Positions 1-10,567 are shown, counted from the first letter of the stretch. The stretch is DNA of 64,000 bases from Promethearchaeota archaeon (GCA_016840085.1 JAEOTA010000054.1:96001-160000); one strand, 5' to 3'. The notes: generated from the letters alone by a model not told the origin. Translations and numbers: made by a program.

Positions 1-308
1 AAACTCTCTTGGCTTTTAAAATAATCAACTTCAAATGCTACTCTTAATTGAATTCTATTTTTATATTTATCCTTTAGTTTTTCTATAATTGAGAGATATA
101 AATCAACTTCATTTAGACTCATTGCATATTCTTGATATGGAACTTCTTCAATTAAGATAGAACTGTTCTTAAGATATTCATACGGAAAATGGTCGCTAAT
201 TCCAATTGTTCTAAGTTTAAGCTTGATAGCTTTCGTGATATAATCCTCAATCGAGCCAACAGCATGATGGCACATTTTGTTATGAGTATGCCAGTCTTCA
301 AAAATCAT
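1..308 (-). CDS. Histidinol-phosphatase, PHP family (HisJ-like); 5' part only, runs off the window start
   Basis: Manual translation from ATG at 308: MIFEDWHTHNKMCHHAVGSIEDYITKAIKLKLRTIGISDHFP; PHP motifs DxHxH and GISDH. Absent from the ORF track because it is truncated. Confidence 0.8.
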   Translation of the reverse strand, partial: MIFEDWHTHNKMCHHAVGSIEDYITKAIKLKLRTIGISDHFPYEYLKNSSILIEEVPYQEYAMSLNEVDLYLSIIEKLKDKYKNRIQLRVAFEVDYFKSQES

Positions 309-374
309 ATTACATTTACTAAATAATATAAACAAGATAAAATTAATGATTACGCAGTAAAAGCCGATTTTATA

Positions 375-1184
375 TTGGAATTTACAGAAAAACAATTAGA
401 TGGACCCTATGAAGTCTGTGGGGTGGATATCCAGAATCAAGGTGAACTACTCAAAGGATTACTTTACTTCCCGCCTAAATCATTTGAAAAACCTTTTCCT
501 ATAACACTATATTTCCATGGTTTTCCACAACTCTTTACTTTAAAAGAGATAGTTAAAAATCATAAATATATTTTAGATTTAGGATATTCATTTTTTGTTT
601 TTAACTTTAGAGGATATAGATTTAGTGAAGGAAATGTTTCTATACAATCTCAAGTTTCAGATGGCTATAAAACTATAGAATTTGTAGAATTAATGGCAAA
701 AGATAATATTTTCAATAAAAATGATATAAATATTATTGGACATGACATAGGGGCTTTTATAGCTTTACTAACTTGCTCTTACATTAAGAACATCAACAGA
801 ATTATATTGGTAACTCCAATTTTAGATTTAAGAAAACATGTTTATGATGATAATTTCATTAAAACATTGAATTATATAAACAGGTTTCTCCCCGGTAATA
901 TTAGGGGTATATCCAATGTAAATGAATTTATTACCTTGACAAAAAAGGAATTAACATCTGAGGAATATCAAATTCAGAAGGTTATAGACCATTTAAGTTG
1001 CAGAAAACTAAAAATTGTTATAGGAGAAAAGGATAATATGACATCAATTTCAGAGGTTAAAGAAATAATGCAACATTTAAAAATTGAATACGAATTGGCC
1101 ATAATGAATAATATGGGTCATCAATATATTGATGATGAAGAATTAATGAATGTAAATAAAGAAATAAAAAATTTCTTTAAGTAA
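375..1184 (+). CDS. Alpha/beta-fold hydrolase
   Basis: FHGFP oxyanion motif, FNFRGYRFSEG, nucleophile elbow GHDIGA, GEKD acid, C-terminal MGH. Confidence 0.75.
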   Translation: MEFTEKQLDGPYEVCGVDIQNQGELLKGLLYFPPKSFEKPFPITLYFHGFPQLFTLKEIVKNHKYILDLGYSFFVFNFRGYRFSEGNVSIQSQVSDGYKTIEFVELMAKDNIFNKNDINIIGHDIGAFIALLTCSYIKNINRIILVTPILDLRKHVYDDNFIKTLNYINRFLPGNIRGISNVNEFITLTKKELTSEEYQIQKVIDHLSCRKLKIVIGEKDNMTSISEVKEIMQHLKIEYELAIMNNMGHQYIDDEELMNVNKEIKNFFK

Positions 1185-1228
1185 AAGGATCGTTTTGGGA
1201 CAGTAAAGCTAATCTTGAAAAAAGATAT

Positions 1229-2014
1229 TTAAAATTTAACACATTTAAAGACAATTTGCCAGCAATATTTCTTAAAAAAAATGATTTTGTATAATGGTTT
1301 TTCAATAAAATTAAGAAATTTATAAGTTGTTTTAAAGACCGCATTGCTTTTAATAAACCTTTGAAGAACCCTAGCAAAAGGAGATATTAGGAAGAATTCG
1401 TAATGCTCAATATTACCAAAAATCTCTTCTCCTTTTTTGACTTCTGACATTAATAATGGATGTTCATAAGTTGTTCTCATTTTTGGAGCAATATACTTTC
1501 TATTGAATTCAACTATAGGATTTTTCTTCAATGGCTCAATAAATACAATACAACCTTTCTTTCTAAGTAGACGTTTACATTCTTTAAAAAAGAGATCAAT
1601 ATCTGGTAAATGATGAATAATTCTAAACCCTACTATAATATCAAATAACTCATCTTCAAAATCTGGAATCTGTGCATTCATTACTTTAAAATCAACATTT
1701 AACCTTCGCCTTTTTGCCTCTTTTTGGCAAAATTCAATGTAGTTTTGTGAAAGATCTATACCTGTAACATTTGCTCCCATTTTGGATAAATAAAAAGAAA
1801 AAGAGCCTTTCCCACAACCAACATCTAAAATAGTTTTTCCCTTAATATTTCCTAATAAATCTTTAAATTTTAAATAAGCATGTCTAAAGAAATCTTCATT
1901 TTCTAAATTAAAAATACCTCCTAAGCGTATTTGATATTTCCCATAATATTTTATTTCATTTTTAAAGATGTAGTCAAATTCAGAAAGAATATTTGCTCTC
2001 TCTTTTTGATTCAT
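1229..2014 (-). CDS. Class I SAM-dependent methyltransferase
   Basis: ILDVGCGKG motif I, GIDLS, FDIIVG...IIHHL. Confidence 0.85.
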   Translation of the reverse strand: MNQKERANILSEFDYIFKNEIKYYGKYQIRLGGIFNLENEDFFRHAYLKFKDLLGNIKGKTILDVGCGKGSFSFYLSKMGANVTGIDLSQNYIEFCQKEAKRRRLNVDFKVMNAQIPDFEDELFDIIVGFRIIHHLPDIDLFFKECKRLLRKKGCIVFIEPLKKNPIVEFNRKYIAPKMRTTYEHPLLMSEVKKGEEIFGNIEHYEFFLISPFARVLQRFIKSNAVFKTTYKFLNFIEKPLYKIIFFKKYCWQIVFKCVKF

Positions 2015-2084
2015 ATAAATCTTAAAATAGTATTTATTTATTTATTTCTAATATAATTTTTTATGGATTTTTTATATTATTATA

Positions 2085-3584
2085 TTGTACCTGATGGTTA
2101 ATATAGAAATATGGAAAAAAAAAGTAAAAAGGGAAAATTCTGCTGTATTTCTATCTCAATTCTATAGTTTCCTAAATAATATTTGCGATAAAAAATCAGA
2201 AATTTTACAGAAATATATAATTAATAAATATAAAGAGATTTATAATGTTGCATTAGAAGAAGGAAAATTTTTTTTAGATTTAGAAAAAACTCAAATTAAG
2301 AATCCTCCTAGAATTGATTTTAAAGCTGGTTATTTCAAAAAATTTAAGGCAACAAATTTAGAATCTCTATTTACTAATAAATATGTTAATTATATACTCA
2401 GAGATCGACATATTTTCGCTTTAGATCTTAGCAGTTGGGAATTTAGCGAGATCCCAGAATCAATCGGTAATTTATCAAAATTAGAATATTTAAATCTAGC
2501 TAATTTAAGGTTGAAAAATTTACCAGAATCTTTACAAAACCTTTCTGAACTTCAATATCTCAATTTATCTGGCAATAGATTAAAGAAACTTCCCCGTTGG
2601 CTAAAAAATTTTGTAAAAAAAAAATATCGTAACAATTATGTAAATCAAAGCGTAGATAGATATGAAGCAACCATATTAGGTATATTGGAGATTTTAAGTG
2701 GAAAGAAATTAGAGAAAATTGAAATCCAAAAAGACATAACTCAATGGGAACAATTATTACACTATAAACTAAATAATGAGGGAAAAATAGTTGGACTGTT
2801 TATAAATGACGAAAAAGTGGAAATTGGTATTTTTCCGCAGGAAATTTGTTTACTAGAATTTCTTGAAGAATTAGAATTATCAAATTCTTCTATTGAATAT
2901 ATTCCAAATTGTATTGATAATCTACGAGTCCTCAGGCAATTAGATTTATCTTTTAATCGAATTAAATCCATTCCTGAATCAATTAATAAATTAAGAAATT
3001 TAGAGTATTTGAACATTGACAACAATGAAATCCCTGAAAAAATTGCTTTAGATTTAAGATGGAATAAAAATGGAGAACACTTTTTAGAAAAAGGAGAATA
3101 TGATAAAGTTATAGATGAATGTACAGCAACTTTAGAAGTGTTTCCTAAGAATAAGCTAGCTTTGTTACATCTTGGAATCGCTCAAAAAGAAAGGGGGGAC
3201 TTATCTCTCTCAAAACACAAATTTAAAGACTTATTAAACATTGATCCGCTAAGTTCGGTTGTGTGGAGTCTTTTAAGTGATATCTACTATCAAGAAGACG
3301 ATTATGAGAAAGCAATCAAGGCAATAAAACGTGCTTTGGTAATAGAACCAACTGTAGCAATATTATGGAGTAATCTAGGTTTAAATTATAAGAAGTTAGG
3401 TAAATATGATAATGGTATTGCATCCTATTTACATTCTATTGAACTTGATCCAAATAATAAAAATATATGGAGAGAGCTCGCCTCAATTTATCGAGATAAG
3501 GGTGAGATTATGAAAGCAATTGATGCTGAGGAAAGAGCTCTGGAAATTGAACTTGGCTTAAAAAATGAAAATGATAAAAATTAG
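2085..3584 (+). CDS. Leucine-rich repeat protein with C-terminal TPR repeats
   Basis: LxxLxLxxNxLxxLPxxI repeats in two blocks; C-terminal TPRs (e.g. WSNLGLNYKKLGKYDNGIASYLHSIELDP). Confidence 0.85.
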   Translation: MYLMVNIEIWKKKVKRENSAVFLSQFYSFLNNICDKKSEILQKYIINKYKEIYNVALEEGKFFLDLEKTQIKNPPRIDFKAGYFKKFKATNLESLFTNKYVNYILRDRHIFALDLSSWEFSEIPESIGNLSKLEYLNLANLRLKNLPESLQNLSELQYLNLSGNRLKKLPRWLKNFVKKKYRNNYVNQSVDRYEATILGILEILSGKKLEKIEIQKDITQWEQLLHYKLNNEGKIVGLFINDEKVEIGIFPQEICLLEFLEELELSNSSIEYIPNCIDNLRVLRQLDLSFNRIKSIPESINKLRNLEYLNIDNNEIPEKIALDLRWNKNGEHFLEKGEYDKVIDECTATLEVFPKNKLALLHLGIAQKERGDLSLSKHKFKDLLNIDPLSSVVWSLLSDIYYQEDDYEKAIKAIKRALVIEPTVAILWSNLGLNYKKLGKYDNGIASYLHSIELDPNNKNIWRELASIYRDKGEIMKAIDAEERALEIELGLKNENDKN

Positions 3585-3596
3585 AAGTAAATCATA

Positions 3597-4244
3597 TCAT
3601 TCTATATAACTGTTTATATAACGTTGTACTCCACTCGCAGGTTGGAATATACCAAAATGACCTTCACATAAGATATCTGCTTTTAAGCTTAAAAGCATGC
3701 GTAAAGACTTTTGATAATTATCAAAATTACTAATACCCGGAATCATAGGGCCATGCAAATCTTGACCAAACAATATTTTTTTTCCTTGGATTTCAAGTAA
3801 AATTGATATAGAACCTGGAGTATGTCCAGGTGTATGAATACATTGGAGATCATATTCTCCAAATTTTAATATTTCAAGAACTCCTTTAAATCTTTTTTCA
3901 AGTTTGACTGGAATATATTTCACTCCATACCACTTAGCTGCCGTCTCTTTATCATGACCTCTCTCTTCTATAGCGTCTGCATCTAATTCATGAGCATAAA
4001 ACTTTACTTTTTTATTAAAATTTTTAAGGTCTGAACATGCACCTATATGATCAATATGAAAGTGTGTTATAATACAATGGTTAATTTCCATTGGATTTAG
4101 TCCAATTTTAATAATTTTTTTTATTAAGTTTAAGCTCATTCCACAGTCAATTAATATTAGGCCTTCTTCGCTATTCGAATTCACTAAATAAACTGAGCAT
4201 CCACTATCTCCTAAATGGTATACATGGTCGAATATTTCTTTCAT
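3597..4244 (-). CDS. Metallo-beta-lactamase fold hydrolase (glyoxalase II-like)
   Basis: THFHIDH, HTPGHTPGS, GQD, CEGH motifs. Confidence 0.85.
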   Translation of the reverse strand: MKEIFDHVYHLGDSGCSVYLVNSNSEEGLILIDCGMSLNLIKKIIKIGLNPMEINHCIITHFHIDHIGACSDLKNFNKKVKFYAHELDADAIEERGHDKETAAKWYGVKYIPVKLEKRFKGVLEILKFGEYDLQCIHTPGHTPGSISILLEIQGKKILFGQDLHGPMIPGISNFDNYQKSLRMLLSLKADILCEGHFGIFQPASGVQRYINSYIE

Positions 4245-4268
4245 GTTTTTAACAATCTCTTAAAATAG

Positions 4269-5087
4269 TTAAGATCTATTTAAATATAACCTTTTATAAA
4301 AAATTATCGTTATTACAGCAGCCACACCTGTAGGAAAAAGAACATCTGAAGCATAGTGTGCCCCCAAGACAACACGGGACATAGCTACAAATAATCCCCA
4401 TCCTATAACTAAAACTAACATAATAATTTTATAAGGATTGTTCCATTTTTTATCCTTTATAATTATTAATAAGGGTAAAAACATCCACCCTACAGCGGCA
4501 TGGCCACTGGGAAAAGATCTACCACTTGAAGTCGGTCCTGGGGGTAAAAACCATGGAGTGTAATCTGTAAATCCAGGCGCCAAATCCCTAAATCGAACTC
4601 TTCCACACACTATTTTAGCTATCTGAACAAATAATAATGGATTTATAACTGCTAAGATTGTAATTACAGCTGATATATTTCTGTAGGGTTTCCAATCCTT
4701 ATTAAAGGTAATAATTACAAATACTAATAAAGCGAGTATTATTGCTCCTCCATCAAAGATAAGAACTTGAGAAGAAAACACTATTCCAAGAACAAATAAT
4801 ATTATACCGATAACTATAATTACATAAGCAGGAATTTTTTGTTTCTTTATATCTTGATTATAGCTTCCAATAAGCGTTGCTAAAGCTATTGCTATCAATC
4901 CATATCCTGGAGCTTCGCCATATTCTCTTCCAAAAAGTCCCCATAAAGAATTTTCATCAACAACTGCTCGTGAAATCTCTAGATCCGTAAAACCAAAAAT
5001 AATAGCAAGAATCACCCAAATGACTATAACAATAAATAACAATTTCACTGTTCCGGATTCTTTAAAATTTTTAAACATAGTAATCAC
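4269..5087 (-). CDS. PAP2-family membrane phosphatase
   Basis: KIVCGRVR, SFPSGH, SRVVLGAHYASDV motifs; multiple TM helices. Confidence 0.9.
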   Translation of the reverse strand: MITMFKNFKESGTVKLLFIVIVIWVILAIIFGFTDLEISRAVVDENSLWGLFGREYGEAPGYGLIAIALATLIGSYNQDIKKQKIPAYVIIVIGIILFVLGIVFSSQVLIFDGGAIILALLVFVIITFNKDWKPYRNISAVITILAVINPLLFVQIAKIVCGRVRFRDLAPGFTDYTPWFLPPGPTSSGRSFPSGHAAVGWMFLPLLIIIKDKKWNNPYKIIMLVLVIGWGLFVAMSRVVLGAHYASDVLFPTGVAAVITIIFYKRLYLNRS

Positions 5088-5099
5088 ATTTTTCTTTTC

Positions 5100-5831
5100 T
5101 TATTTAAAATGTTCTTGTATTAAATCAAGTAGTTTATCTGGATAATCAGTATAAATGGCACTAACAAAACTATCTTTATATTGTAATTTTAGAACTTTAT
5201 TCATATTAGCTATTGTATTTACACCCCAAATATAACATTCAAGATTATTATCAATCACCTGTTTGAATAAATCTTCAACATTTCTTCTACATCTCAAATT
5301 AATAATATTCACACTAATTTTGCTTAATCTGTCTAATGCTAAAGTTTTACTTGTGATTTTATTAATATTTTCCGCTAATGTATAAATGAGTTTTACTTTT
5401 TGATTTTGATTCCTTAAAAAAGAAAGAATACTTAATCTTCTATCTGTAATTTCAATCTTGTCAAAAACACTAACTTTTTCAGCGATATTTATAAGATCTA
5501 ATCCTACATTTTTATTCGCTATATCGAAACTATATCTTAGATTATGAGAAATATCATTAAAGATTTTAAATACTTCTTCTACTAATGAAACTTTTCGATG
5601 ATCATCAAATTCAATTGATTGAATTTCTTCGTATGTTAAATCTTGTATAAAATAGTGTTTTTTACCTGCATTGAAGATTGGATCATGAAAACAAACTACT
5701 TTTTTATCTTTAGTATAGATTAAGTCTGATTCTATTCCGGCGCCCAAGCTTACTGCTTTTTTGAATGAAGGGATTGTATTTTCAATTTCATACCCCGAAG
5801 CTCCTCTATGGGCGAAAACATAAGGCTCCAT
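5100..5831 (-). CDS. Glycerophosphodiester phosphodiesterase family protein
   Basis: AHRGASGYEIENTIPSF, IESD, FHD, IYTDYP. Confidence 0.9.
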   Translation of the reverse strand: MEPYVFAHRGASGYEIENTIPSFKKAVSLGAGIESDLIYTKDKKVVCFHDPIFNAGKKHYFIQDLTYEEIQSIEFDDHRKVSLVEEVFKIFNDISHNLRYSFDIANKNVGLDLINIAEKVSVFDKIEITDRRLSILSFLRNQNQKVKLIYTLAENINKITSKTLALDRLSKISVNIINLRCRRNVEDLFKQVIDNNLECYIWGVNTIANMNKVLKLQYKDSFVSAIYTDYPDKLLDLIQEHFK

Positions 5832-5922
5832 TGTGTTAAAGAAAAATTTTAATAAATACTTGAAAAAAATAATTTTTATAGAACTTAAAATTACTAATAT
5901 TACTTAATATCTTCTCTTAATT

Positions 5923-6768
5923 TTGATAAAAATGGAAGAAAAACAAAATAATGTACATAATGAACACAAAGAGCCATTTTCAATAAAATTGAAAAACTAT
6001 TTTAAAAATTTATTAGATTTTTCTAATTACAACTATAAAACTATAATTTATATTGTTCTATTTGTAGTTTTAGTAGTAATTTCTCTTAGTTTACTATATT
6101 ACATCTATTTTGTCGACAAAACAATATTATATAAATTTGTTGTTGAATGGTTTGTAAATCCAGTTTTTTTACTTGGTTTTATTGGAATTCTCCTTTTCAT
6201 CGTTATTATGGCAGTTCAAGGGCTTATAGTACCCATTCCTTCTGAAATTGTTCTATTAGCAACTGGGATGATTTGGGGCATTTTATTGGGAGGATTTATG
6301 GGAGTCATTGGATCAATGGCAGCAGGAATGTTATGTTATTATATAAGTAAACGAGGAGGCAGACCTTTGGCAGAGAAATTTGTGGGAGAAAAAGCAATAA
6401 ATTTAGCAGACGATTTTATTCATAAATATGGAATATGGGCAATATTAATCGCTCGGTTTTTGCCATTTATAGCTTTTGATCCTATAAGTTATGCATCAGG
6501 TTTGGTTGATATGGACATCAAGAAATATTCTTTAGGAACTTTTATTGGCTCTTTTCCAAGAGCTTTCTTTTATTCTTGGTTAGGATGGTCATTGGGAATT
6601 AGACCCCCAATTAATTTTGTAGATCTGCCAATTTCTCAAATAAATGCCCAATCTGAATTTTTTAATAATGTACTCTTAATAATATTAGTAGTTTTGATAA
6701 TTATGTTTATTTCTTATTATATAATTGCTAAATATTATGAAAAAAAGAAATTAGAAGATAAATCTTAA
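5923..6768 (+). CDS. TVP38/TMEM64 (DedA/VTT) family membrane protein
   Basis: PIPSE, GGRPLAEK, ARFLPFIAFDPISYASG. Confidence 0.88.
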   Translation: MIKMEEKQNNVHNEHKEPFSIKLKNYFKNLLDFSNYNYKTIIYIVLFVVLVVISLSLLYYIYFVDKTILYKFVVEWFVNPVFLLGFIGILLFIVIMAVQGLIVPIPSEIVLLATGMIWGILLGGFMGVIGSMAAGMLCYYISKRGGRPLAEKFVGEKAINLADDFIHKYGIWAILIARFLPFIAFDPISYASGLVDMDIKKYSLGTFIGSFPRAFFYSWLGWSLGIRPPINFVDLPISQINAQSEFFNNVLLIILVVLIIMFISYYIIAKYYEKKKLEDKS

Positions 6769-6891
6769 AGGTTGTTTTTTCATTCTTTTTAAGATATAAA
6801 TGGCATGTATTTTTTTTGTTATACTTGACAGATAATAATATTATTGTGATATTACTTCTTTTTTTTTATTTAGATTAGCTAATTTCAGCTT

Positions 6892-7065
6892 ATGAATGAA
6901 AAGGATAAAATAATAAAAAGATTTGAACTCAAAGAAACTTATGAGCTGAACTTAGCTGAATTTTACAAGGCTTTGGACAACGCAATAAGCAAAAATAATG
7001 CACAATCTATCTATGGACTTAGTAAAATTTTTACAAGATATTATTTTAGAAAATTGAACAACTAA
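6892..7065 (+). CDS. Small hypothetical protein (57 aa)
   Basis: Manual translation MNEKDKIIKRFELKETYELNLAEFYKALDNAISKNNAQSIYGLSKIFTRYYFRKLNN*; below the ORF-track cut-off; fills an otherwise empty gap. Confidence 0.5.
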   Translation: MNEKDKIIKRFELKETYELNLAEFYKALDNAISKNNAQSIYGLSKIFTRYYFRKLNN

Positions 7066-7229
7066 GGATTTCTAATCAAATAAAAAGCATGTGGGTTTTT
7101 TATTAATTTTGAAATTTTTTCATATCTTACTTAGTTTCTTTGACAAATTTTTATAATTTATTCTCTTTGATTTTTGAATTGTTCGTTCCATCAATATAAA
7201 AATTTTTCGATTAAAGAAATTTTATATAT

Positions 7230-7547
7230 TTGAAGACGATATACTTATTAGAGTATTATAGAATATATTTTAATAATGTTAGAGTAAATGTCATCATGAA
7301 TGTTAGCGAAGATTATGATAAAATTTTGGAGGACACCCTTAAAGATGAATTGGAATGGCTAGAACAGGAATTTGAGCTCCTCTTTAGAAGTAAAAAGAGT
7401 AATTGCTCTAGAAAAGACATCACGATGGCAACCAATATTTTGGATAATGTAGTTGATAATATAAAAATGAATTCTAATAAACAATTATTAAACTTATTAA
7501 CAATAATGCTTAACAGATTAGAAAAGACCTATCCTGATTTTTTTTAA
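7230..7547 (+). CDS. Hypothetical helical protein (likely start ATG ~7296)
   Basis: ORF track; natural-looking charged helical sequence from MNVSEDYDKILEDTLKDELEWL. Confidence 0.6.
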   Translation: MKTIYLLEYYRIYFNNVRVNVIMNVSEDYDKILEDTLKDELEWLEQEFELLFRSKKSNCSRKDITMATNILDNVVDNIKMNSNKQLLNLLTIMLNRLEKTYPDFF

Positions 7548-7756
7548 TTTAATCCAACTTATTATTTATTCTGTTTTAAATCTTTACTAAGTAAATATCT
7601 TATTTCTTCCGCTTTGCTATTGAAATTTTATTTAAGTAAATAATCTAATCATAATCAATTTGATTATAGAAAGAGAAATTATTTTAAGAATGAATTGCAT
7701 ATTTTAAAAAAGAAGTTCAGAATTATTTCTTGGAAAAAATAGAATAGATATCTCTT

Positions 7757-8839
7757 ATGGAAAGAATCATTATCATACATTGGTCTTCGCAAACTGGACC
7801 AGAACCCATAATTCAATATCCTCCAGAAAAACCTTTTCCTGCTAAAGATATATTCTTAAAAATATGGGCGAAACACGAGTTAAATAAAGAAAATTCTATG
7901 ATTACTTATGAAGAGAGTGAGAATGGCTTTATATCAATTATCCAACAATTTGAAGGAGAAATTTGGATGGTAATATTAGTATATTCACAAAAAGATATGA
8001 TAGAACACTTTTTGATAGAAGTTTCACCTGACATTTTGGCAATTATAAGCAGAAATTTAGTAGAATTAATAAATACAAATAAAATTACTCGTGCTATCTC
8101 TGAGGCTTATAATACTATAAAAAATTATTCCAAATTGGATAGAGAAGAGAATCTAATTAATTTTTTCCAAGATAAAATAAAATTTACGATTTTACAAATT
8201 CTAAGAAATGGTGTCATATCTAAATCGAAATTAACAAATAAATTACGGCACGATTATGGTTTTTCAACTGTAAATATTGATTTAATATTGACTTCTTTCT
8301 TTCGTGAAAGTTTAATTGTTAAACAAAATGTACCAGGGAGTGAGGAGTGTTATTTCTTGGTAATTGACTTGTCCTGTACAAGAATTCCTCCAAATAATCT
8401 TACTATTGATCCTCTAGATACAAATATTATAAAAAAATATCAAGAAAACATAAAAAATTTTTATTTTGATTATGATAAAATCATCGAAGTAGAGAGTAAA
8501 ACTATTATACAAACAATCTTATTGGATAAAGATGTATTTACATTGATTAAAACATTAAGAGAAAGGAATCTTTCTGTAAATGAATGTTTAAATATTTTAA
8601 ACAATAAAGAAGGATTATTTAACGAGCTTTTAAATAAAAAGTTTATTTATGAAGCAAAAGGACTAGTTTTTATTTTCTCAGATGTTCGGTTTATTAAATT
8701 TATACCTTACTATATTATTGAAAAATTAATAGAGCGGTATAGAAACCAAGATATATCTCTAAATGAATATTTAACACACTTAAAATTATTGACTGAACAA
8801 TTAGATATACACCCTTTTCTCGATTATGAAATAGTGTAA
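7757..8839 (+). CDS. Longin/uDENN-like N-terminal domain protein with winged-helix-like C-terminal region
   Basis: N-terminus MERIIIIHWSSQTGPEPIIQYPPE resembles the uDENN/longin start (hydrophobic strand-F/W-x-x-x-x-G-P...Q-Y-P); later ISKSKLTNKL...L...F.RESLI is wHTH-like. Confidence 0.5.
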   Translation: MERIIIIHWSSQTGPEPIIQYPPEKPFPAKDIFLKIWAKHELNKENSMITYEESENGFISIIQQFEGEIWMVILVYSQKDMIEHFLIEVSPDILAIISRNLVELINTNKITRAISEAYNTIKNYSKLDREENLINFFQDKIKFTILQILRNGVISKSKLTNKLRHDYGFSTVNIDLILTSFFRESLIVKQNVPGSEECYFLVIDLSCTRIPPNNLTIDPLDTNIIKKYQENIKNFYFDYDKIIEVESKTIIQTILLDKDVFTLIKTLRERNLSVNECLNILNNKEGLFNELLNKKFIYEAKGLVFIFSDVRFIKFIPYYIIEKLIERYRNQDISLNEYLTHLKLLTEQLDIHPFLDYEIV

Positions 8840-8936
8840 AAATTTCTGATTTTATTAAATAAAATCATAAAATGATTTATATTATTACTTAATATCAAAT
8901 TGAGATTCAACACTTTTTCAAAGGAATCCATGAATT

Positions 8937-9644
8937 TTATTCTTTTAACCCAAAATAGAATAACCAAGCAGAGAGAGCCATTGCAGATCTAACAAATATT
9001 AAGGTTACACCAGGAGAAAATAAACCGTCTAATATGGCTCCGATAATGTATATAAAAGCTCCTAAAGATATTAAAAAAAACTTTCTCCTTATTATTCCAG
9101 TAGCTTGAATACTTTTTCTTAAAAATCCAAATCCAAGAAAAATTAATAATGATAGTAAAAATATCAAGGCTGCTATACCAGTTATTGAAGTAAAAACAAG
9201 ATTATCATTAATTAAATCTCCTCCGGGAGTTGAAGGATTATCGTATGTGACGGAACCTGATAGATCTATAAAAAGAAATAATTCGAAAATTATGCCTAAA
9301 ACTAAATAAATTGAAAAAATATACCATTTTTTCTTCGGTGTTATAAGTATAGCACCAATATACATAGCAAATAGGACCGCTCCAGGAAACCACATCCAAT
9401 TTATAAGACCTATTATTCCAAACGAATTATCTACATTGTCTTCAGTTAAAAGGATTGTAAAAAAATCTAAAACATCTCCTGTATAAACAAGACCAGCAAA
9501 AATATATATTAGACCCAAATATAATATAAGATTTGAATGTTTTATTCTTGATTTAATAACAAAAAATAATCCAAAGAGAATTGAAAAAACAAAAACGCCT
9601 GATGCTGTAATCCCACTTAACCAACCTATATAAGAAAGTGTGAT
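8937..9644 (-). CDS. Multi-pass (about 7 TM) membrane protein; true start probably a non-canonical ATC/ATT upstream of the called TTG at 9518
   Basis: Frame is open from the TGA at ~9651 to 9518 and adds a TM helix (ITLSYIGWLSGITASGVFVFSILFGLFFVIKS). An AGGTGA Shine-Dalgarno-like sequence lies just upstream of ATT(9650)/ATC(9644). Confidence 0.65.
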   Translation of the reverse strand: MTLSYIGWLSGITASGVFVFSILFGLFFVIKSRIKHSNLILYLGLIYIFAGLVYTGDVLDFFTILLTEDNVDNSFGIIGLINWMWFPGAVLFAMYIGAILITPKKKWYIFSIYLVLGIIFELFLFIDLSGSVTYDNPSTPGGDLINDNLVFTSITGIAALIFLLSLLIFLGFGFLRKSIQATGIIRRKFFLISLGAFIYIIGAILDGLFSPGVTLIFVRSAMALSAWLFYFGLKE

Positions 9645-9874
9645 AAAAATTCACCTTTTGAAGATATATTTATTATTCAATACCTGTTGTTTTTTTAGAG
9701 TTTATAAATATTTTGAGTTCTAACTTAAATTAGATATAAAGGTAATTTTTATACATGACCAAATTTACTAATGTCTATCTAATCATAATGAGAAAACGAT
9801 CCAAATAGTAAAAAGAAATAAGTCTTGAAAATATCGTATTATAATAAATAGGAAATATGGAAAAATAACTAAAA

Positions 9875-10567
9875 TTAGATAGTTAAGATCGAAGTATCTG
9901 AAATCTTTTTATCAACTGGTGCCTTTCCATCTCCATAAATATGATATAATGCAGTTCTTCGTGCAATTTCATAAAAACTACGATAGATGTCCTTTTCTTG
10001 ATTAAATAATGCGCAGGTTTTATAAACTAATGGATTCCAAATATATAAGTCATTTTTAGCCTTATACCATAGTTTCTCATTTTTTAAAATCTGGATAAAA
10101 TCTTCATCACTAATTACATCTTTAAGATCTTGTTTATTCAGCATAATTATAAAAGGGATGTCTTTAATTAGCCGATTTTTTGTTATACTTTTTAATTCTA
10201 ATAGAAATTCTATATTATCCTCAAAAAATCTAATTTGGGAGTCCACTACAAAAATGACAGCATCAGTTTCAGCATCAAGCATATTAAAGACTTTAATTCT
10301 AAGTGGAGTAAAACCTTTTTGACCTGCCACTGTATAAACTCTATAATACACCTTTTTATGTTTCTTTGATTGAAAAATCCCTCTATCAAAATAGAGTGTA
10401 GCACCACTTGCTCTATCTATTTTTTTTAAATCACCAACAGGAATAATTTCTCTTGTACCTTCTTTTGTTAATTTATAAAGTGTATTTAGTATGGTAGTTT
10501 TACCTGATCTTGCCATGCCATAATATACTATCTTTAAATAGATGTTACCCTCTTTGTATTGAACCAT
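9875..10567 (-). CDS. Small GTPase, MglA/Arf-like
   Basis: LKIVYYGMARSGKTT (G1), TLYFD (G2), YTVAGQ (MglA-type G3), FVVDSQ, NKQD (G4). Confidence 0.85.
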   Translation of the reverse strand: MVQYKEGNIYLKIVYYGMARSGKTTILNTLYKLTKEGTREIIPVGDLKKIDRASGATLYFDRGIFQSKKHKKVYYRVYTVAGQKGFTPLRIKVFNMLDAETDAVIFVVDSQIRFFEDNIEFLLELKSITKNRLIKDIPFIIMLNKQDLKDVISDEDFIQILKNEKLWYKAKNDLYIWNPLVYKTCALFNQEKDIYRSFYEIARRTALYHIYGDGKAPVDKKISDTSILTI

